Positions 1-6,387 of a stretch of DNA of 36,992 nt are shown in pieces. The translations under genes were made by a program, and so were the position numbers. The notes under the pieces are model-generated. The model saw only the letters and a list, made by a program, of their open reading frames with translations, did no database searches and was not told the DNA's origin. Position 1 is the stretch's first letter. Each line of letters opens with the position of its first letter. The stretch covers positions 1 to 36,992 of IMG/VR virus record IMGVR_UViG_3300037424_000758. One strand, 5' to 3'. This DNA is from a virus. Its lineage: Duplodnaviria; Caudoviricetes.

Positions 1-63
1 TAGCTCGAGCGCATCGCCGTGGTAGAGGGTCACCTGGTCGTCTTGGTAATATGGTCTTTGCAT
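1..63 (-). CDS. DNA methyltransferase (N6/N4 type), N-terminal fragment running off the window
   Basis: Reads MQRPYYQDDQVTLYHGDALEL, a typical start of phage DNA methylases; only 21 codons visible. Confidence 0.65.
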   Translation of the reverse strand, partial: MQRPYYQDDQVTLYHGDALEL

Positions 64-72
64 AAAGTTGTC

Positions 73-138
73 TGCCAACAATGCGCTCTAGCGGGACCGC
101 GCGAAAAGCCGCGCGGCCCCTAAGCTAGATCGTTCGGC
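73..138 (+). repeat. attC site 1
   Basis: TGCCAAC-AATGC-GCTCTAGC...CCTAAGC-TAGATC-GTTCGGC. Confidence 0.85.
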
Positions 139-458
139 ACCTCAAACATATCCACCGTCTGCGTGCAGCGCGGCGCAGGGATCGTCTCTCCTGCTGACAC
201 AAACGCGGTGCAACAAGGCTGCCCGTGCTTGTCGTATTGCCACTCGACCGCCTCGCCGCGAAATGACGCGCCGATGATTTCGCATTTCTCGTCATCGTCG
301 CAGTCGTCGAAGTCGCAGCCTTCGCGCATGGCTTTGTCCCGCGCGCAGTTGCAGCACCAGGCCTCAATGAAAATCTCGCCCTCGGTGCCGTTGCTTGGCT
401 CCCACTGTTCTCCGGCCTGTTCCTTTGTCCGGTCTGCGAGTTCTTGCGGGTAAATCAT
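120..458 (-). CDS. Cys-rich hypothetical phage protein (cassette)
   Basis: 112-aa ORF with GGAG RBS; stop codon lies inside attC1. Confidence 0.75.
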   Translation of the reverse strand: MIYPQELADRTKEQAGEQWEPSNGTEGEIFIEAWCCNCARDKAMREGCDFDDCDDDEKCEIIGASFRGEAVEWQYDKHGQPCCTAFVSAGETIPAPRCTQTVDMFEVPNDLA

Positions 459-483
459 GGTCGTCTCCTATGGTTGCGCCGGT

Positions 484-548
484 GCCGAACACATCATCCG
501 AGCGGGACCGCGCAAAAAGCGCGCGGCCCCTCAATTCAGCCGTTATGC
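484..548 (+). repeat. attC site 2
   Basis: GCCGAAC-ACATC-ATCCGAGC...CCTCAAT-TCAGCC-GTTATGC. Confidence 0.85.
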
Positions 549-763
549 CTCTTGTTCCAGCGTTCTCGCAGCAGGTCGGTAACGTCGTCCATCAGCGGGT
601 AAATCAAGCCGCTGGCCGCGCCGCATGCGCTGCTCGTGCATTGCACGCACTGAGCGCCGATGCTCGGCTCGTCGGTCTCGCCCTGGAGCGTGATGATTTC
701 CGCCTCGGCGCCGCAGAACGGGCACGGCTTAAGCCGGTCGCTGTCGTCAATCAGGTGGTCCAT
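536..763 (-). CDS. Lar-family restriction-alleviation-like Zn-finger protein (cassette)
   Basis: LKPCPFCG...CxxxxC...WNKR pattern; GGAGG RBS before ATG at 763. Confidence 0.7.
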   Translation of the reverse strand: MDHLIDDSDRLKPCPFCGAEAEIITLQGETDEPSIGAQCVQCTSSACGAASGLIYPLMDDVTDLLRERWNKRHNG

Positions 764-789
764 GTCATTCCTCCGTTTTTGGCGCCGAG

Positions 790-846
790 GCATAACCCGG
801 CGTTGGTTCGGACGCCCTGCGGGCGCCGCACAACTCTGCGTTAGCC
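790..846 (+). repeat. attC site 3
   Basis: GCATAAC-CCGGC-GTTGGTTC...GCACAAC-TCTGC-GTTAGCC. Confidence 0.8.
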
Positions 847-1077
847 ACGCCTCGGCTTGCGTGTCGTGAATTCATCCAAAACCCGGAATGCCTCTTCTGT
901 TCGCGGGTCAATCGTGTACTGGCGCACATGGCGCATTTCGTAATTAATGCTTGCCAACATCGCCGCCTCTCGAAGTTCGGACGGTGTGAATTGCGCTCTC
1001 TCAATAAAATTTTCCAGCATCAGCACAAGCTGGTGATACTCCGGGTCATTCATGTATTTTTCGCGTGGTGTTTTCAT
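841..1077 (-). CDS. Hypothetical phage protein (cassette)
   Basis: 78-aa ORF with AAGGA RBS; TAA stop is part of the attC3 core. Confidence 0.75.
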   Translation of the reverse strand: MKTPREKYMNDPEYHQLVLMLENFIERAQFTPSELREAAMLASINYEMRHVRQYTIDPRTEEAFRVLDEFTTRKPRRG

Positions 1078-1102
1078 CGTGCATCCTTTCGTGGTACGCC
1101 GT

Positions 1103-1166
1103 GGCTAACACGGCGTTCTAGCTGGACTGTCCGCAAGCGGCCAGCCCCTAAACTTTGTCGTTATGC
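1103..1166 (+). repeat. attC site 4
   Basis: GGCTAAC-ACGGC-GTTCTAGC...CCTAAAC-TTTGTC-GTTATGC. Confidence 0.85.
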
Positions 1167-1167
1167 G

Positions 1168-1554
1168 TCAATCGTCTTCAGCCGTTTCCAATTCGCCATC
1201 GGCGCGCACTGCCATGAGTTTCTGGCCGCAACATCCGTAGGTGGCAATCCACAGCGGCGTCAGTGCGCCCATCACATAGTCGCCGCCCTTGTAGCCGGTG
1301 AACACTTGGCCCATCGCAGCCTTGCAATCTGCCAGCAGTTCGGATGCAGGGCGGGTCCCTTCCTGCCGCTCAAAGTACAGGTCGCTGTAATAGCCTCGGT
1401 AGCTGTCAGGGTCGCGCAGGTTCGCCACTTGTGCGTCGGCTGGCATCGACTCCAGCGCGTCGATCAGTTTACCGAGCGTAAGTTGGGTTTCAGCCCGCTC
1501 CCGCTGCCATTGGGCGCTCATGCCGTTAATCATTGCTTGCAAATTCATTGTCAT
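1168..1554 (-). CDS. Hypothetical phage protein (cassette)
   Basis: 128-aa ORF with AGGAG RBS; SYRGYY and FTGYKGG motifs resemble phage hypotheticals. Confidence 0.8.
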   Translation of the reverse strand: MTMNLQAMINGMSAQWQRERAETQLTLGKLIDALESMPADAQVANLRDPDSYRGYYSDLYFERQEGTRPASELLADCKAAMGQVFTGYKGGDYVMGALTPLWIATYGCCGQKLMAVRADGELETAEDD

Positions 1555-1571
1555 CTCCTAGTTGAAAAGCC

Positions 1572-1660
1572 GCATAACACGGCGGTCAACAAGACCGCCC
1601 GCAAGCGTCGTCGTTTATCAATCGCCCGTTGTGGGGCGGCTTGTTACCTCGGCGTTGGGC
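1572..1660 (+). repeat. attC site 5
   Basis: GCATAAC-ACGGC-GGTCAACA...TGTTACC-TCGGC-GTTGGGC. Confidence 0.85.
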
Positions 1661-2211
1661 GCCTTCATGAACGCTACCCAGTGCGTCTTCTGCTGCTTGC
1701 CGCTCCGGTGTCCGATCAGCGGCTTCTCGGGCGTCAGCGCCAGTATTTGCGAAACCGGAATCTCGTCTTCGCACCACTTGAAAATCAACACCCCTTCCGG
1801 GCGCAGCACGCGGAAGCATTCGGCAAACCCCTTGCGCAGTTCCTCGCGCCACTCACCTTTCAGCGTGCCGTACTTCAGGCCCACCCATCCGGTCGCGCCG
1901 TTGCGCTCAAAGTGTGGCGGGTCAAACACCACCAGCGCGAAGGTGTCGCTCGGGAAAGGCAAATCCGTAAAGTCGGCTTGGTGGTCTGGGTCAATCACCA
2001 ATTCCCGCGAGCCGCCCTTGCTCGAAACATCGGGCAGTGTGTGCCGCTCTCGGCGCTTGTCCACAAATACGGCGCGGCTGTCCTGGCGGTCAAACCAAAA
2101 CATCCGGCTCCCGCAGCAGGCATCAAGCACTGGCGGCAAGTCGCCCAACACGGCGGTCAAGGCCGACCCGCCGCCAGCGGCTTCGTTTTCGTTCTGTTGT
2201 GTGTCTAGCAT
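1618..2211 (-). CDS. Phage class I SAM-dependent (probable DNA) methyltransferase (cassette)
   Basis: VLDACCGSRMFWFD motif I, VVFDPPH catalytic-like motif, LIFKW. Confidence 0.85.
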   Translation of the reverse strand: MLDTQQNENEAAGGGSALTAVLGDLPPVLDACCGSRMFWFDRQDSRAVFVDKRRERHTLPDVSSKGGSRELVIDPDHQADFTDLPFPSDTFALVVFDPPHFERNGATGWVGLKYGTLKGEWREELRKGFAECFRVLRPEGVLIFKWCEDEIPVSQILALTPEKPLIGHRSGKQQKTHWVAFMKAPNAEVTSRPTTGD

Positions 2212-2265
2212 TCGTTTCCCTTGTTCGGTTCGTTGGCGGCGGTCGGCTTACCTGATGCGTTATCC
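2143..2265 (+). repeat. attC site 6 (long; its loop contains the methyltransferase start codon)
   Basis: GCCCAAC-ACGGC-GGTCAAGG-CCGACC...GGTCG-GCTTACC-TGATGC-GTTATCC. Confidence 0.85.
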
Positions 2266-2732
2266 ATCAAAGCACCCACACGGAATTTCCGTGGTGTGCG
2301 AAAACAAATCAAGCTGCGCCTCGCTGTATTTCACAAGGTCAGCCCACGCGAAGGACCGGCCCAACCCCTTCACGCTGGTCAGTTCGGCGCGTGCTTCCAT
2401 CGCCAGCGCCCGCTGCAATAGCTCCGGGTGCGTGCGTCCCAATTCCAGAATCTCTCGCGGCTTGCTGGATGGACAGAAAAAGCAGGCGCTTTTCCCCGGC
2501 TGCGGCAGTCCTGCGCGGGCTATCGCCTCGATACATTCCTCGCGGCCCCAATCCCATTCAATCAACGGGTAGCGCGTTTCCTCATACTTCGCCCGGTGCG
2601 CTTCGCCTGCGTCAATGCCAACCCAAAACCACGGGGCGGTTATCCCATGCGCTTTGAGCCATCGTTTTTGAGGCCGCACCTTGTAGTGGTCGCTACAACT
2701 TTTGGCTCTACGGAATAACGTGTTGAAGTTGA

Positions 2733-2760
2733 TTGACGTGCTAGCCGCGACACGCAAAAT
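2733..2760 (+). promoter_or_regulatory. Putative sigma70 promoter for the passenger gene
   Basis: TTGACG-16bp-CAAAAT upstream of GAAGGA RBS and ATG 2784. Confidence 0.5.
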
Positions 2761-2783
2761 GCGGCACAACTGGAAGGACCAAG

Positions 2784-3161
2784 ATGAGTGACCAGGCAAT
2801 TGAGAAAGAGATTCAGGAAAAGGGTTTGACCGCGCCGCGCGTGACGCCGTCTGACATCGAGGAGAATATCGAGCGCGAGCATTACTTTACGGCTGCTGAC
2901 GGCGTGTATAGCGCGCGCCCAGGTCTTGTGGAATTTGCCCCGGGTGACCCGGAACTGCTGCTGACCTTCTGCGTGCTGGTGCTGTGCAACGGTTTCACTG
3001 TCACCGGAGAGTCGGCCTGCGCCAGCCCTGAGAACTTCGATGCAGCGCTCGGACGCAAAATTGCCCGAGCAAATGCTGTGCAGAAAATCTGGCCGCTGAT
3101 GGGCTACGCGTTGCGCAGCAAGCTGGCCACACATTACCCGCAGGAAATGAAGTCTGCGTAA
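2784..3161 (+). CDS. Gp49-family phage protein (N4 gp49 / Sf6 gp66-like)
   Basis: KGLTAPRVTP...LTFCVLVLxNGFTVTGESACASPENFDxxxGRKIA...IWPLMGY signature. Confidence 0.85.
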   Translation: MSDQAIEKEIQEKGLTAPRVTPSDIEENIEREHYFTAADGVYSARPGLVEFAPGDPELLLTFCVLVLCNGFTVTGESACASPENFDAALGRKIARANAVQKIWPLMGYALRSKLATHYPQEMKSA

Positions 3162-3169
3162 TGGCATTC

Positions 3170-3195
3170 CCGCCGCCGGCGTGTGCTGGCGGCGG
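3170..3195 (+). terminator. GC-rich hairpin after passenger gene
   Basis: CCGCCGCCGGC-GTGT-GCTGGCGGCGG stem-loop; no clear U-tract. Confidence 0.45.
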
Positions 3196-3491
3196 ATAAT
3201 CCGCAGAGCCCAACTTTTGAATCCATACGCGATCCCTGGCAGGGCGCTCCTCCGCAAGCAATCTTCTTCAAGCGTAACTTCTTCGCGCACCATAACGATT
3301 GGCGGAAAACCAACGCTCTCACACCACCTACTCATTTCTTCAACATCACGGTAAATTCCTGGCAACTCGCCGCCAGGATCGGCCATCAAGATAATGTCAG
3401 GCCGTTCCCCGCGTTCGCGCAGCCCGACCAAAACAGCTTTGCTATTGGTTCCGCCGCCGTAGCTTAAAACCGATGTCTGCGCCGGTTTGAT

Positions 3492-3569
3492 GGATAACAC
3501 GTCGGTCAAGGCCGCTCCTTTCAGTCGCTGGACGGCGCTGAAGCGCCGCCCCTTACCTGTTTGTTAGAG
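3492..3569 (+). repeat. attC site 7 (contains RBS and TTG start of the PAPS-reductase-like gene)
   Basis: GGATAAC-ACGTC-GGTCAAGG...CCTTACC-TGTTT-GTTAGAG. Confidence 0.85.
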
Positions 3570-3570
3570 A

Positions 3571-3792
3571 TCACCAGTAGCTCACGCTGTAGCCGCAATC
3601 GTCGCAACTTTCGCCAGCGGTGCAGTCCGTGTAATTCGTGCTTCCGCACTTCGGGCATGTTGGGCCAGTGTGCCTGGGCGTATATGTCACCGCTGGCGCA
3701 TTCTTCTCGGCCACGCACCACTTGCACAGGCCCTCGCGCACGGGCGCGTCGTCGTAAAAATTGTGTCCACATCCGGGGCATCGTGCAGCCAT
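3571..3792 (-). CDS. Small multi-CxxC zinc-ribbon protein (cassette)
   Basis: MAARCPGCG...CKWC...CPKCG...CDDCG; GAGGAG RBS supplied by the attC8 spacer. Confidence 0.7.
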   Translation of the reverse strand: MAARCPGCGHNFYDDAPVREGLCKWCVAEKNAPAVTYTPRHTGPTCPKCGSTNYTDCTAGESCDDCGYSVSYW

Positions 3793-3853
3793 CTCTAACT
3801 CCTCATTCAAGCGGGACCGGCTGAAAGCCGGTCCCTTAATTCAATCGTTGTGC
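3793..3853 (+). repeat. attC site 8
   Basis: CTCTAAC-TCCTC-ATTCAAGC...CCTTAAT-TCAATC-GTTGTGC, very close to canonical attC architecture. Confidence 0.9.
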
Positions 3854-4113
3854 GCCTTCTCACGCACCGTCACCACCACCTCAAGCCCAAGGTGCGCCGC
3901 GAGCTGCTCCAGGTGCTCTATGGTCGCGGGCTGGTTGCCCTTCTCGATATTTGTCACGCTGGTTCTGCCGAGTCCGAGAATTTCCCCAACTTCGCCCTGG
4001 TTCATTCCGGCCAGCTTTCGCAGTTCAAGCATCATCCCGGCAATCCCGGCCAGCGGGGCAGTCTGCTTTGGCTCTACCGCAGCCTTCGCCGCGTCTGTTA
4101 TCTCTGCTCTCAT
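3841..4113 (-). CDS. XRE-family HTH DNA-binding protein (cassette)
   Basis: LRKLAGMNQGEVGEILGLGRTSVTNIEKGNQ HTH motif. Confidence 0.85.
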   Translation of the reverse strand: MRAEITDAAKAAVEPKQTAPLAGIAGMMLELRKLAGMNQGEVGEILGLGRTSVTNIEKGNQPATIEHLEQLAAHLGLEVVVTVREKAHND

Positions 4114-4339
4114 TCAATCTCCAGTCGCACAACACGTTGGGCACCTCTGCGCCGTCCTGGTCGAACACTGCGGTCTTATGGCATGCAGTGCATACCTTCT
4201 CCACGGTCCACAGCATTTTTTGCATATTGCTAACGTCCTGTTCTTCGGATCGGCACGCCGGCGTCCTAACGATAGTTGCCATCCGTGGCCCATTCTCAAT
4301 GTAGTGGTGTGGCCCGCGTAAAATCGCGCATCTGTCCAT
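4025..4339 (-). CDS. Hypothetical protein (cassette; C-terminus reads through the deleted attC9)
   Basis: GGAG RBS before ATG 4339; frame ambiguous versus alternative ORF 4114-4299. Confidence 0.4.
   Translation of the reverse strand: MDRCAILRGPHHYIENGPRMATIVRTPACRSEEQDVSNMQKMLWTVEKVCTACHKTAVFDQDGAEVPNVLCDWRLNESRDNRRGEGCGRAKADCPAGRDCRDDA
4127..4142 (+). repeat. attC site 9 remnant (only the two core sites left)
   Basis: GCACAAC-AC-GTTGGGC; each core complements the core at the other end of its adjacent cassette. Confidence 0.7.
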
Positions 4340-4357
4340 TCTTCGCTCCAGTTCGTT

Positions 4358-4415
4358 GCCCAACAAGTTAATCGAGCGGGGTCGGCGCTTTAGCGACGGC
4401 CCCTCATTGTTATGA
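4358..4415 (+). repeat. attC site 10 (L'-R' spacer missing)
   Basis: GCCCAAC-AAGTT-AATCGAGC...CCTCATT-GTTATGA. Confidence 0.7.
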
Positions 4416-4613
4416 GCCGCGCCAGTGGATGTTCAGCCCCAGCAGCGTGGCGCGAATTTCCCGGTATTGCCGCTGCCAAAAGAACAGCCGGCGGTGCAGC
4501 GAAACTGAAACCTTCCAGCCTTCGCGGTAGGCCCAGCGTCCGCTCTCAAATTGAAACAGGGTTATCCGGCTGTCTCCGGTGGCGCGTGCGCCAATCCAAA
4601 ACACCAATCGCAT
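4410..4613 (-). CDS. Hypothetical protein (cassette)
   Basis: 67-aa ORF filling the inter-attC space; start could be 4643 inside attC11. Confidence 0.55.
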   Translation of the reverse strand: MRLVFWIGARATGDSRITLFQFESGRWAYREGWKVSVSLHRRLFFWQRQYREIRATLLGLNIHWRGS

Positions 4614-4634
4614 TCCGTTATCCAATAGTTCTGT

Positions 4635-4698
4635 GCCCAACAAATCATTCCAGCGGGACGGGCGAAAATCCGCCCGCCCCTGAATTCAGTCGTTGGGC
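4635..4698 (+). repeat. attC site 11
   Basis: GCCCAAC-AAATC-ATTCCAGC...CCTGAAT-TCAGTC-GTTGGGC. Confidence 0.9.
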
Positions 4699-4979
4699 AC
4701 CAGCCCCTTACCGCCACACTTATCGCAGCCTGAATCAAACCCGCAAGCGCACCCACGCGGGTTATCTGCCTCGCACCATTCTTCAAAGTCGGGGTCTTCG
4801 TTGCGGGCTTCAATTCGTGCGTCTTCGCACTCAGGGTGCATTTTCACAACCGTTGGCCCGTCGTCGCCAAAGTAACGCCAGCGGTGGTATGTGCCTCCGG
4901 TTTCAATTTTCTGGCCGCACCAAGAGCAGCGGTGGTCTTTTATGGCTCTCAGTGTTTCCGTCGTCGTTGCTGTTCCCAT
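4686..4979 (-). CDS. Cys-rich hypothetical phage protein (cassette)
   Basis: AIKDHRCSWCGQKI...KMHPEC motif; AGGAG RBS. Confidence 0.75.
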   Translation of the reverse strand: MGTATTTETLRAIKDHRCSWCGQKIETGGTYHRWRYFGDDGPTVVKMHPECEDARIEARNEDPDFEEWCEADNPRGCACGFDSGCDKCGGKGLVPND

Positions 4980-4981
4980 CG

Positions 4982-5548
4982 CTATCTCCTGTGCCCAACA
5001 AATCGCTCAAGGCGGGACGCTCCGCGAGCGTCAGCGGCCTTGCGTTGGTCTTTAATCGCGCACCTTAGCTGGGTCGTCGGAACCACACGCATAGGTGTGT
5101 CACCATGCAGCGCCAGCCGAACCCGGCGCAGAAAGTCTGGGCCGTCGTAAACACCCTCCTCCCATTCAGCCAATAATGAATGCAACTGTTCTTTCTCACG
5201 GTGCAGCCGCTCGATCTCACTTCCGGCGTCGGCCGGCGCCCGTGTGCCCAGCGCCGGAAAATCCTGCTCCGCCAGCCGCCGAAGCGCGCCGCCGCGCACG
5301 CGGGCCATGGCATAGTCGGCCGCCAGCAGCGCGCAGTGCACGTCGGCCGGCACCGGATAGGGGTGCGGCCAGCATTCGCGGTGCGCTTGGCTCAGATCCT
5401 GCGTGGCGGCCACCAGCACGCGCACGTCGGCCAGCAGCAGGTTGCGGCCGGAGTCCTGGCTTGGCTGCATGCTCGGCGTGTAGGTCACGCCGCCGGCGTC
5501 GTTCAGGATGAAATGCCTGCTGGCATTTATCGTGTTCTCTCCGTTCAT
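4982..5548 (-). CDS. Hypothetical protein reading through attC12
   Basis: 188-aa ORF, GGAGG RBS, coupled to upstream gene. Confidence 0.6.
   Translation of the reverse strand: MNGENTINASRHFILNDAGGVTYTPSMQPSQDSGRNLLLADVRVLVAATQDLSQAHRECWPHPYPVPADVHCALLAADYAMARVRGGALRRLAEQDFPALGTRAPADAGSEIERLHREKEQLHSLLAEWEEGVYDGPDFLRRVRLALHGDTPMRVVPTTQLRCAIKDQRKAADARGASRLERFVGHRR
4993..5082 (+). repeat. attC site 12 (GTC instead of GTT core)
   Basis: GCCCAAC-AAATC-GCTCAAGG...CCTTAGC-TGGGTC-GTCGGAA. Confidence 0.75.
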
Positions 5549-5751
5549 CGAAAACCTCCCGCGTCAAGCCAGTCGTGCTGCTGCACGGTTTCGTAGTCGT
5601 CCTGCATCCCTCGTACGGGGCAGACCATTATCGGGGCGTGCTGGCGGATTGTCTCGGCCACGTTGGTGTCGTGGGACGACACATAGCCGCGCCTGGTGTT
5701 GGTGATCGGCAGCGGGCACCAGGGTGCTGTGCCTGACGTCGGCGCGCTCAT
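5545..5751 (-). CDS. Hypothetical phage protein
   Basis: MSAPTSG... start chosen from ATGA overlap with upstream ORF. Confidence 0.55.
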   Translation of the reverse strand: MSAPTSGTAPWCPLPITNTRRGYVSSHDTNVAETIRQHAPIMVCPVRGMQDDYETVQQHDWLDAGGFR

Positions 5752-5918
5752 ACGCCCACCTGCGAAAACATCTGCCGGAACAGCTGCTCGGCCAGGATCA
5801 CAATTAGGCCGATTGCGCAGGCCAGCGCGATGAAGCGGTCGATGGGCCTGGTGTCGCCGTTGTGTTGCGGCCGGCCGGCGGCGCGCGCGAGCTGGTGGCG
5901 GGTGTGCAGGCCGTTCAT
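5748..5918 (-). CDS. Small membrane protein (56 aa, below ORF-track cutoff)
   Basis: MNGLHTRHQ...FIALACAIGLIVILAE; ATGA overlaps on both sides. Confidence 0.6.
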   Translation of the reverse strand: MNGLHTRHQLARAAGRPQHNGDTRPIDRFIALACAIGLIVILAEQLFRQMFSQVGV

Positions 5919-6154
5919 GGTCTGCCCCGCACATCGTTGATCGGCCTGGAATATATCCGTTTCGTGTAAAAGTACATCTTGTGCCCGTCGGTGACATCAG
6001 ACGAATTAGGCTGCAGCAGCGACAGGTAAGCCTTTCTCAGGCGGTCGTCATGGATTCGGTGGGCGAAGTTGATTCCCTCATACATCCAGGTGTCGCCGTG
6101 CCTGCGGACGAGATCGGCGATGCCGAGCGGGCGGGAGTAGGGTGCCGGGATCAT
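5915..6154 (-). CDS. Hypothetical phage protein
   Basis: 79-aa ORF with ATGA overlaps. Confidence 0.65.
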   Translation of the reverse strand: MIPAPYSRPLGIADLVRRHGDTWMYEGINFAHRIHDDRLRKAYLSLLQPNSSDVTDGHKMYFYTKRIYSRPINDVRGRP

Positions 6155-6387
6155 GCTGCCACATCCTCAAGCGTCGAGCGCGGCATGCGCATCTGGTAGG
6201 TCGCGCGGTTCAGCGCCTGTTGCGCGGCTTCGCGGTAGAGCTCGGCGCCCACGGGCAGGTTTTCTGCCTCCAGCACGCGGGCCACGCGGGTGAATTCCTC
6301 AAAGCGGTCATACCAGCACGATGAATTGTCCGGCGTGGCCATCCAGGTGCGCGCCAGGACTTGTTCGGTAAGCGTCATTGTCTGCAT
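6151..6387 (-). CDS. Hypothetical protein, first gene of the leftward early operon
   Basis: GGGAG RBS before MQTMTLTEQ. Confidence 0.65.
   Translation of the reverse strand: MQTMTLTEQVLARTWMATPDNSSCWYDRFEEFTRVARVLEAENLPVGAELYREAAQQALNRATYQMRMPRSTLEDVAA

Larger units (their letters stand above)
2704..3210. mobile_element. Non-autonomous transposable element with passenger gene (IS1595-family-like ends)
   Basis: 8-bp direct repeat CAACTTTT at 2696-2703 and 3211-3218; terminal inverted repeats GGCTCTACGGAATAA / GGCTCTGCGGATTAT (12 of 15 match); no transposase. Confidence 0.85.
2260..3509 (-). pseudogene. PAPS-reductase-family protein interrupted by an insertion at 2704-3210
   Basis: N-half has the SYGGGTNS PP-loop; C-half has VGIDAGE, YPLIEW and KSACFFCP. 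Removing the insert plus one target duplication restores AYGFKSCSDHYK in frame (about 244 aa). Confidence 0.9.
73..5082 (+). mobile_element. Array of integron-type gene cassettes (12 attC sites, no integrase in window; CALIN-like)
   Basis: Repeated R''(xxxxAAC)-5bp-L''(8 bp)...L'(7 bp)-5/6bp-R'(GTTxxxx) imperfect palindromes between consecutive ORFs. Confidence 0.88.

Noticed and set aside
928-2572. Long + strand ORFs (928-2208, 1562-2572) as sense-orientation cassette genes
   Set aside because: They cross several attC sites, lack motifs and are antisense shadows of recognisable minus-strand genes
2704-3210. Insert as an intron, intein or additional attC cassette
   Set aside because: It has a target duplication and terminal inverted repeats, shifts the frame (515 bp added) and lacks attC anatomy
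2640-3509. 289-aa ORF as an intact protein
   Set aside because: Only about the first 99 aa are PAPS-reductase-like; the rest is read-through into the antisense strand of the inserted element
73-5082. Repeats interpreted as a CRISPR array, REP elements or simple terminators
   Set aside because: Spacing is gene-sized, the repeats diverge in sequence but keep attC geometry, there are no U-tracts, and ends pair across cassettes
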